A stretch of 64,000 nucleotides of DNA from Nitrospirales bacterium. Its GTDB lineage: Bacteria > Nitrospirota > Nitrospiria > Nitrospirales > UBA8639. The DNA lies in NCBI GenBank assembly GCA_965223295.1, contig CBDCWC010000002.1, forward strand, positions 608,001-672,000. The letters run 5' to 3'. The position numbers and the translations under genes are program-made. Of this stretch, positions 11,798 to 20,567 are shown piece by piece (within the stretch, counting starts at the first letter, position 1; the number at the start of each line of letters is the position of its first letter). The notes beneath the pieces are model-generated. The model was not told where the DNA came from and ran no database searches. It worked only from the letters and a program-made list of their open reading frames with translations.

Positions 11798-12393
11798 AGG
11801 CTCTGCTTCCAAACATCTGGGAGTGGTCGTGGTTCTCTGAAGACAAGCAACTCAATTTTAATGGCCACTTTTTGACTGTTGGCGAACACCGGATTCTTGT
11901 CGATCCTCCTCCAATGGAGGCGAAGGATATGGCATTTGCCCAGCAAGGCGGTCCAGTTGATTATATTATTATCACGAATCGGGACCACGAACGAGAGGCC
12001 GGTCGATTACGCAGCGAGTTTCAATGTACCGTCATGGTGCCGGAATGTGATGCTCCAGAAATGTCGCTCAGTTCTGTTAAAACCTATAAGGATGGAGAGT
12101 TGCTGCCCGGCGGTATTTGGGTCATGCAACTAGCTTATCAAAAGTCACCCGGGGAAAGTGCCTTATTTTTAGAAACAGGAAAAGGTATTCTTATTGTTGG
12201 TGATGCCATCATAGGGAATCCAGAAGGGGTGTTGCGCCTTCTTCCTCCTGAAAAATATACTGATATCATGCGAGCGCGTGAAGGTTTACGTCGATTATGT
12301 AAGTATAATTTTGATAGTCTCCTTGTGGGTGATGGAACATCTCTTCTGACTGGAGCCAAAACTCTGGTAGAGCAGATGCTTGTTGAGGCGTAA
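11794..12393 (+). CDS. Metallo-beta-lactamase-fold protein (atypical metal motif)
   Basis: ILVDPP, IIITNRDHER, KSPGE, ILIVGDA and LLVGDG correspond to MBL-fold motifs. Confidence 0.75.
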   Translation: MKALLPNIWEWSWFSEDKQLNFNGHFLTVGEHRILVDPPPMEAKDMAFAQQGGPVDYIIITNRDHEREAGRLRSEFQCTVMVPECDAPEMSLSSVKTYKDGELLPGGIWVMQLAYQKSPGESALFLETGKGILIVGDAIIGNPEGVLRLLPPEKYTDIMRAREGLRRLCKYNFDSLLVGDGTSLLTGAKTLVEQMLVEA

Positions 12394-12467
12394 CGAGATT
12401 CACGATGCCGTCCCCTCCTTTCCTTCTGTCTTTTGTCATGCTTGGTCAGGGTTGTGAGTGACTTACA

Positions 12468-13271
12468 ATGGCCTGGTCTCAATCTGCTGATCTCAATTCC
12501 TTAGGCAACCAATATTTTTCCAAAGGATTTTATACTGAAGCCTTTCAATGCTATGCCCAAGCATTGGAAGTCGATCGAAAAAATGGGGATCAACGAGCCT
12601 TGGCCACGACCTTAGGAAATCTTGGAAATATTTGTGCTGTGAGTGGGCGTCGTGAACAAGCCCGTACATATTACGCTGAAGTGCTGGAACTGCAGAAAAT
12701 TCTTGGTGAGGATCGTGGTATCAGTATCACATTAGCCAATCTAGGCAATGTATCCGCTGATGCCGGAGAGTGGGAACGCGCCCGCGCGTATTATTTAGAA
12801 GCCTTGGATATGATGAATCTGTTGTCGAACTATGCAGGCAAAGCCGTGTTACTTTCGGATTTAGGCTTGGTTGCCCGCGAAACTGGGCAAGAGGCAGAGG
12901 CTTTTTCCTATTATCAAGAATCCCTCGTCTTGATGCGTCGGGCTGGAAATGACGAAGGCCAGGCCGATGTCTTTCGAATGATGGCACGACTGTATTTGAA
13001 ACAAGGGCGAGTAGACGAAGCTCAGTCTTGTACGCTCACGAGCTTGGATGTCGCTCGACGACTGAAAGACGAATTACGCATGGGTGGAGCCTGGTATGTT
13101 TTGGCCAGTTGTTATGAGGCAAGAGGGGATTGGAAACAGGCTGTCCAGTATCTACAAAAGGTCGTACGTATTGATGAAAAATATCAACTTCCCAAACTCA
13201 ATGAAAATACGCAACGTCTTCAAGCTTTATCGATACGGCTGAGGAAATCAGCGGAATCTTCTCATGCGTGA
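12468..13271 (+). CDS. Tetratricopeptide repeat protein
   Basis: About six TPR-like repeats (LGNLGNI....G..EQA..YY.E.LE). Confidence 0.85.
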   Translation: MAWSQSADLNSLGNQYFSKGFYTEAFQCYAQALEVDRKNGDQRALATTLGNLGNICAVSGRREQARTYYAEVLELQKILGEDRGISITLANLGNVSADAGEWERARAYYLEALDMMNLLSNYAGKAVLLSDLGLVARETGQEAEAFSYYQESLVLMRRAGNDEGQADVFRMMARLYLKQGRVDEAQSCTLTSLDVARRLKDELRMGGAWYVLASCYEARGDWKQAVQYLQKVVRIDEKYQLPKLNENTQRLQALSIRLRKSAESSHA

Positions 13272-13701
13272 CATCCTTTCCATTTCTCCTCATTGGGCCA
13301 CCGCGCGCACTTCTCTGCTCACAACAATTGCAGGGTGGTTTGATTCTCTCGACCACGAGCCGCTGACCTTATCTTTGCCTGATGAAGAGTGGTTATTGGA
13401 AGTGACGCCTGATGGTCGTCTGGTCTGTATGGCGGGGTATGATTTAGATGATATGAAAAGCATGCTTTCCGATGGAACCGCGGAAGATTTAGGGAGTGAT
13501 GAGTTAGCCAAACAGGTCAAGTTTTTTCTTCAACAAACCACGTCAAAGTACCGCCGAAAATTGATGGCCGAAGGATTTACGGAACGAATAGAAATGAATG
13601 ACGACTTTGTGGCCGCGAACTTTGAACAAGAGGTTGATTTGGAATCAGTTGCCGAAGTCTGTGCGAAGATTCAATCCTGCCAAACCTGGTTTCGTCCATA
13701 A
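13264..13701 (+). CDS. Hypothetical protein
   Basis: 145-aa ORF overlapping the TPR gene stop, co-directional within the cluster. Confidence 0.7.
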   Translation: MRDILSISPHWATARTSLLTTIAGWFDSLDHEPLTLSLPDEEWLLEVTPDGRLVCMAGYDLDDMKSMLSDGTAEDLGSDELAKQVKFFLQQTTSKYRRKLMAEGFTERIEMNDDFVAANFEQEVDLESVAEVCAKIQSCQTWFRP

Positions 13702-13749
13702 CACGAGTATGCAACAGCCTGCACACTGCACATCTGGTCATTATTTTTA

Positions 13750-14772
13750 ATGCCACGCAAGCCGACTCTCTCATCATTTTCTGAGTTTCGCGAAATGGCG
13801 TATGGCTTTCGGTTATCTCGGGTTATTTTTTCTGCTTTAGATCTGGACCTCTTTAATGTGATGGGACATCGTACCTGGTCGATTCCTACCTTAGCCAAAC
13901 AGTTGAAAGTGAGCACGCGTGGGCTCCATATTCTTTGCCGGAATTTAGCCAGTGCAGGCTTGTTGGTTCCCGCATTAGGACGATATCGAACCAGTAACAT
14001 GGTCAAGCAATACCTGCAAAAAGAAAGTCCCGACTATCGCGGAGATTACCTTGCCTTGATACAGCGGCAATGGACGGAGTGGTCTCGTCTTACCGAAGTG
14101 GTGACCACAGGTGTTCCCTTTGACCATGATGAACCAGAAACGGCTGCATATCGGAAGTCTTTTTCTTGGGCCATGCATCATCGGTCTCAAGAACCAGCGC
14201 AGGAGGTGGCCAGCCAAGTCTCTTTGAAGTCAGCACGTTCCATTCTCGATCTTGGTGGCGGACCTGGGACCTATGCGTTGGCGTTTCTTCAGGAGAATCC
14301 TCAGTTACAGGCAACAGTGATGGATCGGCCAGCTGCGCTGCAAGTCGCAAAAATTTTAGCGAAAGAACAATCGCTCACGTCTCGTCTTTCCCTACAACCT
14401 GGGAATTTCCTGGATGAGGAAATTTCTGGAAAATACGATGTTGTGTGGTACTCCAATGTGCTCCATATTTATTCTGCGTCTCAGAATCTCAAGATTTTTA
14501 GGAAAATCAAACGAGTGCTCAACCCTGGCGGACGACTCCTCATTCAAGATACCTTCTTGGAAGATCCGAGAGGGCTTCGGCCCTTAGAGGCTAATTTGTT
14601 TGCGGTGACGATGTTGCTCTATACAGAGAGCGGCAATACCTACCCCATACAAGATGTGCGCGCATGGCTTCACAAAGCTGGGTTGAATTGTACTCGTGTT
14701 CTTCGCCTGAGGCCAGGAACCGGAGATTGGGAAGGTCAAATACTTGAAGCGCGTAGGTCTCTATCTACTTAA
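13750..14772 (+). CDS. SAM-dependent O-methyltransferase (family 2, N-terminal dimerisation HTH)
   Basis: ALDLDLF winged-helix region, ILDLGGGPG, YDVVWYSNVLH and LNPGGRLLIQD motifs. Confidence 0.9.
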   Translation: MPRKPTLSSFSEFREMAYGFRLSRVIFSALDLDLFNVMGHRTWSIPTLAKQLKVSTRGLHILCRNLASAGLLVPALGRYRTSNMVKQYLQKESPDYRGDYLALIQRQWTEWSRLTEVVTTGVPFDHDEPETAAYRKSFSWAMHHRSQEPAQEVASQVSLKSARSILDLGGGPGTYALAFLQENPQLQATVMDRPAALQVAKILAKEQSLTSRLSLQPGNFLDEEISGKYDVVWYSNVLHIYSASQNLKIFRKIKRVLNPGGRLLIQDTFLEDPRGLRPLEANLFAVTMLLYTESGNTYPIQDVRAWLHKAGLNCTRVLRLRPGTGDWEGQILEARRSLST

Positions 14773-15120
14773 ACTCTTCATTATTTATAACTCAACAGGA
14801 AAAGAGTCGGGTTCTTTGGTCGACGTATTTGTTCTTGACTCAATTGGCAGGGTTGAGAATATTGTCAGTTTTCTCAAAAGGCTTGTAAGGCCTGCTCTTT
14901 TGAGTCCGTCTCCGAGGCAGGGGAAAGTTCCTACAACCCAACAACACTCTCGTAAAATTCATAGTTAGACATCCAGTGGATTTGTGAAAGCTCCTCCCTA
15001 TTCAGGGAACCAAGTATATCCATCGAATCTTCCCGACGTTTCTCTGAAGAGACTCTCAATACCGAAAGCCGAAAGAGACGTGTCATTTCGAACTTAAGGC
15101 CTGATGGTTATGCGGCCATA

Positions 15121-17304
15121 CTAGGATGTCTGCGGGGTTTGTGCCGTCCCTTCAGATGGTTTAATTGATGTAGGATCCTGAGAATACAGACTGGGCAAGT
15201 TGATAAAAAAGGTCGTACCCCGTCCCTGCAAACTTTGTACTTCAATCTTTCCCCCATGCTCTTGGATAATTTGGTGGGCAATGGCTAATCCTAGTCCAGT
15301 TCCTTCATGTTCTTCACTGAGATGTTTGGTCGTGAAAAATGGGTCAAAGATATGTTCAATATCTTCAGGAGCAATCCCTGAACCTGCGTCTTGAATTTCT
15401 ATTTGAACCCATTCTGGTTTTCCAGGGGAGGTGAGATGTCTAGTGCGGACGGTTAACACACCGCCAGCCGGCATCATGGCTTCCACGGCATTAAACAGAA
15501 AATTAAGAATGACTTGTTTCAGTTTTTGACGGTCAGCATAGACCTTCGGTAAACCTCGAATGAGATCGGTTTCAATCACAATGAGTTCATGGGAAGGGCG
15601 GACGCGTAGCGTATACAAGCACGATTCCAAAATCTCATTCAGATCTTCTTCTCGCAAGAACGGTTCAATTGGTTTGGCATAATCCAATATTTCTCGAGTT
15701 AGTCGTTCAATACGAAACACATCTTCCTTGACCACTTTGCTGAATCTAGCCAAAAACTGTTCATCGTCTTTTCGTTCCGGTGCCAAATCCACAAAGGCTT
15801 TAATTGAGGTTAAAGGATTGCGAATTTCATGGGCCAAGCCTCCTGCCATGGTCTCTAGTGAGCGCAATCGGTCAGTTCGGCGTACTAATGATTGAGATTG
15901 TTTGAGCTCTTCATACAAGAGAGCATTATCCAAGGCCACTGAAGCTTCTTGGGACAAGGTGGCTAGTAATTCTAAATCTTGGACTGAATAGCTCCCGTCG
16001 TCTGTTATTCGTGGGCCAAACACACAAAAGCCTAACAGGCGATTTTTGTTGACCAGAGGTAGACAGACCTCTGCTCCGATTTGCCCAAGTTTGGTCAGTA
16101 CCACTTGCGATTCTTCATCTGTGGCGAAGTCTTTCAAATCATTGACCAAAAAACTTGTTGTCCCTTGTTGCCAGGAGTCTTCCAATAATGAGCGGGATGC
16201 AAGGTGTACGTCAGAAAACTCGGTTAATAATTTTCCAAAACTTGATACGGGATGATAGTCCTGGCCGCTTTTCTTTCGTAAATATAAGGTACCCCATTGG
16301 AGTCCTAACGTTGGGCAGATCGATTGAACAATTGTGGCCGTCAAATCTTGAAGTTCTAAAATAGAGACCAGGGATTTCGAAAAATTCAACACGGTCTTAT
16401 ATTGATCATACCGCTCCTTAAATAGCGCTTTCGTAATGAGATTTTTTGCCTGCGTTTTCAATGAAGAGGCTCCAAACACCAGAAGCAACAACACGAAAAG
16501 TTCAAGTAAGGAATACCCAATATTGATGGATCCTAAATACCAATGTTGGCCGAGTAGTAAGACGGGATAGGCGGGAAATGCAATCAATACGACAAGTAGG
16601 CTGCCGGTGACACCGCGTTCCAATGCCGTACCAAGGTCAAGAAGGCGATAGCGGAGAAGGGTGAACGCAACCACAGAGATGTACACGGTTGCCAAAATTG
16701 CCCCGACAGGTTGTATGTTGATGCCATACCACAAGGGGAAGGTGGTGAGGCCACCACCGTACGCCACAATAGAACCACCAACTAAAAGATAATACCGTGA
16801 TCGTTCGGCGCCATGTTTTCTCTGAGCGGCTTGGAACAATAACCATGTCCCATAGAGAGAACAGAGCCCAAACCAGAGGAGATAGAAATGAAAGACAGGT
16901 CCGGGTTGTGGCCAGAACGAAAAACCTCCGGCAGGCTGAACGTTAACCACAAAATAGGGTGTTCCATTGGCAACCCATAAGAAGGTGGTGACGCCAGCGA
17001 TGACCCACAAAAATCGACGCTTATGGTGGATGTGTTCAAATTCCAGTAATGTGAAGACGTGCCAGACAAAAGTCCCGGGGAGGGCAATTGCCCCAATCAT
17101 GAGGAGGCGTACACATAATAACGCCGCATCATGGGATGAGGAAATTTGCCATGCTCCATAGCCAAACCCCCAGATTGCAGCTGCGAGCACATAGAAGGCA
17201 TAGGCTTGATGCTTAGGATGAGAAGGATTTTTGGCAAAAACGAGTAGGCCGGAAATGGTGGCGACTAGACCGGTCAGAAATCCACTTAAGGCATGCAGGG
17301 TCAC
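15121..17304 (-). CDS. Membrane sensor histidine kinase (N-terminal multi-TM/7TM-type sensor, GAF, HisKA, HATPase)
   Basis: About 8-9 hydrophobic segments, GAF (LPLVNKNRLLG...DLELLATL..EASVALDNA), H-box LAHEIRNPL, N-box NFLFNAVEAM, DAGSGI, FDPFFTTK and GTGLGLAI. Confidence 0.92.
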   Translation of the reverse strand: MTLHALSGFLTGLVATISGLLVFAKNPSHPKHQAYAFYVLAAAIWGFGYGAWQISSSHDAALLCVRLLMIGAIALPGTFVWHVFTLLEFEHIHHKRRFLWVIAGVTTFLWVANGTPYFVVNVQPAGGFSFWPQPGPVFHFYLLWFGLCSLYGTWLLFQAAQRKHGAERSRYYLLVGGSIVAYGGGLTTFPLWYGINIQPVGAILATVYISVVAFTLLRYRLLDLGTALERGVTGSLLVVLIAFPAYPVLLLGQHWYLGSINIGYSLLELFVLLLLVFGASSLKTQAKNLITKALFKERYDQYKTVLNFSKSLVSILELQDLTATIVQSICPTLGLQWGTLYLRKKSGQDYHPVSSFGKLLTEFSDVHLASRSLLEDSWQQGTTSFLVNDLKDFATDEESQVVLTKLGQIGAEVCLPLVNKNRLLGFCVFGPRITDDGSYSVQDLELLATLSQEASVALDNALLYEELKQSQSLVRRTDRLRSLETMAGGLAHEIRNPLTSIKAFVDLAPERKDDEQFLARFSKVVKEDVFRIERLTREILDYAKPIEPFLREEDLNEILESCLYTLRVRPSHELIVIETDLIRGLPKVYADRQKLKQVILNFLFNAVEAMMPAGGVLTVRTRHLTSPGKPEWVQIEIQDAGSGIAPEDIEHIFDPFFTTKHLSEEHEGTGLGLAIAHQIIQEHGGKIEVQSLQGRGTTFFINLPSLYSQDPTSIKPSEGTAQTPQTS

Positions 17305-17342
17305 GTAGAAGAAAATTCCCCGGGTGAGAAAAAGGCATCCCT

Positions 17343-17358
17343 AGCAACGGTTTTGCCA
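17343..17358 (-). promoter_or_regulatory. Sigma-54 (-24/-12) promoter of the histidine kinase gene
   Basis: Minus strand TGGCAAAACCGTTGCT is GG-N10-GC in TGGCA/TTGC consensus context, about 40 nt upstream of the GTG start. Confidence 0.7.
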
Positions 17359-17534
17359 CATGAAGGCTTATTGGACAATAAATATGCCTAGAAGTCAAAG
17401 CTTTGGGGTTCTTCCTCCCTTTCCCACATGGTCTCATTGAAGGCTCACGACAGCTGTTGCTGAACGAGTCTGTGGTTCATGGCTATTCTGAGAATCGTGT
17501 TCTTTCTGAGCTCATTGAGCGATTTCAACTCGTG

Positions 17535-17770
17535 GGTCTGCTGAAAAAACCCGCCAGCGGCGTTCCCTGACTTCGCCGGAGCGGCTTCGCGCAGGCAGGT
17601 CGCCATTTTTCCGTGCTCACATACTGCCAGTATGCTCCGCGCGCAAGAATGGCTGTGGCCTTTCCTTCGACAAGCTCAGGGCAGGACTGGACGGGCCGAC
17701 CCGACGTTCTTGATCGCCAAGAGCTTCCTGGCGAAACATGGCCTTTGCTATCTTCGTTATTCAACACTCC
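17535..17770. repeat. MITE/REP-like intergenic element with nested palindromic insertions (copy 1)
   Basis: Core aligns by eye to 61251-61374 (reverse complement) and 49281-49464. Imperfect terminal IRs. ACTCGTG is directly repeated at 17528-17534 and 17771-17777. Confidence 0.75.
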
Positions 17771-17782
17771 ACTCGTGCAAAG

Positions 17783-20128
17783 TCATGCCGCGCCTTTGAA
17801 ATCATTGGATGTGTTGCTGATTGGAGTTTTCGGTCCAGTAGTCTTTTGCAATGGACGCAATGAAAAATTTCCAGCAGCGATGGGCTTTTCTAAGATAATC
17901 ACATACGCTTGGTTGGCAAATGCAGGATACACCCCTGCATGCACGCATCCCAGCGAATCTAAAGCTTTTTCCCATTCTGTTTGATCGAAAAAACGAAATT
18001 GCCCTTCTTTTTCGGCTTGTCGAATTTTCCCGTAATTATTCAGGAGTTCCCGGGCTTCCGCTTTCTGAGCATGTTCCTTCGCCTGGTTGATTAGATTTTG
18101 GTAGATGCCGGAAAAGTCTCCATTGGGTTTCAGATTGGAAAGTACCATTCGGCCGCCGGGAGCAAGAACTCGATACAATTCTTGTAAAGATGAGTGAGGA
18201 TCAGCCACATACCCAAGAACCAAGTTTGAAACGATCCGATCAAATTGGTGATTATGAAATGGCAACGGCTGCTGCAAGTCTACCTGTGCCCATGCCATTT
18301 GAAAGGAGGGAAACTCCGGCGAACGTGTATTTTGCAGCCCGTGGTACGTGTGAGTCATGTGTGCTTGAGCTCGTCCAAGTGCTTCAGAGCTCGCATCGAT
18401 ACCAACATAGCGAATCGAATGCTCTGAAGTTAGAGAAGGAAAAGTGTGTTGATGTTTCAGAGATTCCAATAAAAACAGCCCCGCATTCCCATTGCCACAT
18501 CCGACATCTAACACATATTGCCCTGCAGTAATGGGCCCCAACGCCCGAAACACATGATCTAACAGTTGAACATAATCCTGACATTTTCCCACGGATTGAA
18601 AATGTCCAAGATAATCATCCCAAAAACCTTGGCCAACATCGGTGTGAGAATGTGCCTGTAATGCCATTTTTTCATGGCGATTTTGCCGACCAAGGGTTAG
18701 ACGATTAGGTTCATGAATCTCAGTTTGAGATGCGGCACATGCGACATGGTTTCGGCAATGATCAATAATGTGTCGATAGGTTCTGCGTGCCACTTTTGGA
18801 TTTTCTTGAATTCGATGTAACGCTTCAGGTATATCCAGCCATTCTGATACACGTGTGCCTGCGGCCTGCTTCACCATTTCAGCATCCTGGCGGTCAATCC
18901 AACAATCTTTCCCTGCTGAGATATAGAAGATTGGAGTCTGCAAGGCCCGCACATTGTCAATCGTGTGATTGAGTTTGGAGAAATTATTGGTTGCGGCATC
19001 GGTTAAAAAGTGTCCATTCACATTAAATCCCAAAATATTTGTGGAATAAGGAATGTGTCCCTGCCGATAGTTGGCAAAGAGGTCTTCTTGATGAACCGTG
19101 GCCACGGTTCGTTCAACATCGACGACTCCAACCAGCAGAACTAACAGTGCCAGTGAAGGTTCCTCTACTTCAGCTTTGATGGTGACCGGCCCAGCTAAAC
19201 TCGACGCCACTCCGATAACCTGGCTCTGAGGCCATTGCTGACGAACAAACCGTATTACCGACTGGAAATCCTGTTTCATTGAAGAAAGGGTAAAACCAAA
19301 GTGCTGCCCATCACTCTCTCCCACATGATTGGTGTGGTCATAACGCACAACATGAAACCCATTGCTGGCAAAATAATAGGCTAACGTAAGATAGTCACGC
19401 TTCGTTTCCCCATAGCCGGGAGCCATGACCACAACCGGCAATCTGGAAAGATCAGTTTCAATTGGATAATCATGATAGGCGATAATAGTGTGGCCTTTGG
19501 AATTTTCCAGCGCCACTCTGTTGCTCTTAATAGGTTGATTAGCTGGAGAAGCCTGATTGTTTGGATTGCAGAATGTCTGTGTTTTAGAAACTTGAAGAGG
19601 GTGGGATTCATGATTCTGGAGTTCGTTGTCACATGAAGGACCCGACTTAGGTTTCGTGACTTGGCTCATGACAAAACTGCCAGGCTCCAATGCGAACGAA
19701 TCAATTGGAGAATTATCCAATGTTCTGGGAGGTTTTTGTGAATGATGAAGCATCACACGAAGAAGGGTGCTCCCTTCCCATACCGTCGGCCCTCGATTGA
19801 TTGTGACGTGTTGAATCGTTCCCTGCTGCATTGAGGTCAATAGTGTGGACCTTGTTCCAAAACACTGAAAGGTCATTTCCTGCCCGACGTGTACGGGAGG
19901 CATTCCTTGTAGGTTCAATTCTAAAGCTCCTGTTGCCCCTAGTTGTATCTGACCTTCCCAATTTCCGCCGAGACAATGAAAAAATACTGGAACGGGAGCA
20001 CATCCGTTTAGTGCTGGTTGTCTCTTTTCTCTGAATAGTTCAGATCGTTCGGGAGCGAATTCTTGATTTCTTTTCGAGACGGATGTTGACGTGTCCAATA
20101 AAATTTCATTCATCATTCTTTCCCCCAT
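17783..20128 (-). CDS. LuxD-like acyl-ACP thioesterase/acyltransferase fused to a class I SAM-dependent methyltransferase
   Basis: Central domain follows the LuxD motif order (YFASNGFHVVRYDHTNHVGESDG, VASSLAG, LVGVVD, AGKDCW, LHRIQEN). C-terminal VLDVGCGNG, LPFHNHQFDRIVSN and RVLAPGGR. Start may be the ATG at 20116. Confidence 0.85.
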   Translation of the reverse strand: MGERMMNEILLDTSTSVSKRNQEFAPERSELFREKRQPALNGCAPVPVFFHCLGGNWEGQIQLGATGALELNLQGMPPVHVGQEMTFQCFGTRSTLLTSMQQGTIQHVTINRGPTVWEGSTLLRVMLHHSQKPPRTLDNSPIDSFALEPGSFVMSQVTKPKSGPSCDNELQNHESHPLQVSKTQTFCNPNNQASPANQPIKSNRVALENSKGHTIIAYHDYPIETDLSRLPVVVMAPGYGETKRDYLTLAYYFASNGFHVVRYDHTNHVGESDGQHFGFTLSSMKQDFQSVIRFVRQQWPQSQVIGVASSLAGPVTIKAEVEEPSLALLVLLVGVVDVERTVATVHQEDLFANYRQGHIPYSTNILGFNVNGHFLTDAATNNFSKLNHTIDNVRALQTPIFYISAGKDCWIDRQDAEMVKQAAGTRVSEWLDIPEALHRIQENPKVARRTYRHIIDHCRNHVACAASQTEIHEPNRLTLGRQNRHEKMALQAHSHTDVGQGFWDDYLGHFQSVGKCQDYVQLLDHVFRALGPITAGQYVLDVGCGNGNAGLFLLESLKHQHTFPSLTSEHSIRYVGIDASSEALGRAQAHMTHTYHGLQNTRSPEFPSFQMAWAQVDLQQPLPFHNHQFDRIVSNLVLGYVADPHSSLQELYRVLAPGGRMVLSNLKPNGDFSGIYQNLINQAKEHAQKAEARELLNNYGKIRQAEKEGQFRFFDQTEWEKALDSLGCVHAGVYPAFANQAYVIILEKPIAAGNFSLRPLQKTTGPKTPISNTSNDFKGAA

Positions 20129-20323
20129 TTAATTAAGTGTTTTTACTTACTTTTTTGGTCAAAGAATTCCCCGGGTTCACAAGAACCCCCACGAAGTTCA
20201 ACCGAATTTAGTGAACTGTTTTAAGAGCAAATCGGAGAAGGCTGGTCGGCAGGGAGAGGGTTGCTGAATCGCCTGAATGATTCAGGGCGCCTTCGGATTT
20301 TTTCTCTTATGACTTAGTACTAG

Positions 20324-20340
20324 AGCAACCTAAATGCCAA
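20324..20340 (-). promoter_or_regulatory. Sigma-54 (-24/-12) promoter of the LuxD-like/methyltransferase gene
   Basis: Minus strand TTGGCATTTAGGTTGCT is GG-N10-GC in consensus context, about 195 nt upstream of the ATG. Confidence 0.72.
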
Positions 20341-20435
20341 AGTTTTGGCAAAAAGAAATTCCTTGGAAATACTGGGAAATTTTTGCCGAAGAAAGCAGAA
20401 ACACGGCATTGAAACGTGAAAAGTTCATTATGAGC

Positions 20436-20451
20436 TGTCGAGCAACTGACA
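20436..20451. promoter_or_regulatory. Candidate upstream activator (enhancer) site TGT-N10-ACA
   Basis: TGTCGAGCAACTGACA dyad about 100 bp upstream of the sigma-54 site. Confidence 0.4.
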
Positions 20452-20567
20452 GGGCCAGAGCAATTGCGTAGAGATCCCTGACATGCAGGAATGACTTTTT
20501 TCATTGACTCCGCCCTATGGTCTACCTAGAATTCATTCACGATTGCCAACATCACGAGGAGGTTCGT

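Noticed and set aside
14773-15120. Small ORFs or sRNA between the O-methyltransferase and the kinase
   Set aside because: Only short frames are present, with no recognisable motifs, convincing RBS or distinctive structure.
15121-17304. PEP-CTERM system kinase PrsK
   Set aside because: The architecture is similar, but the H-box is AHEIRNPL rather than the HDLKN type I associate with PrsK, and there is no adjacent prsR.
17525-17984. Short ORFs 17525..17767, 17613..17984 and 61182..61391
   Set aside because: They are translations of the palindromic repeat element, or antisense to real genes.
17783-20128. Bioluminescence (lux) operon
   Set aside because: Only a LuxD-like domain is present, fused to a methyltransferase. 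No luxA, luxB, luxC or luxE is in the window, and the rib genes 15 kb away are in the ordinary ribBA-ribH-nusB context.
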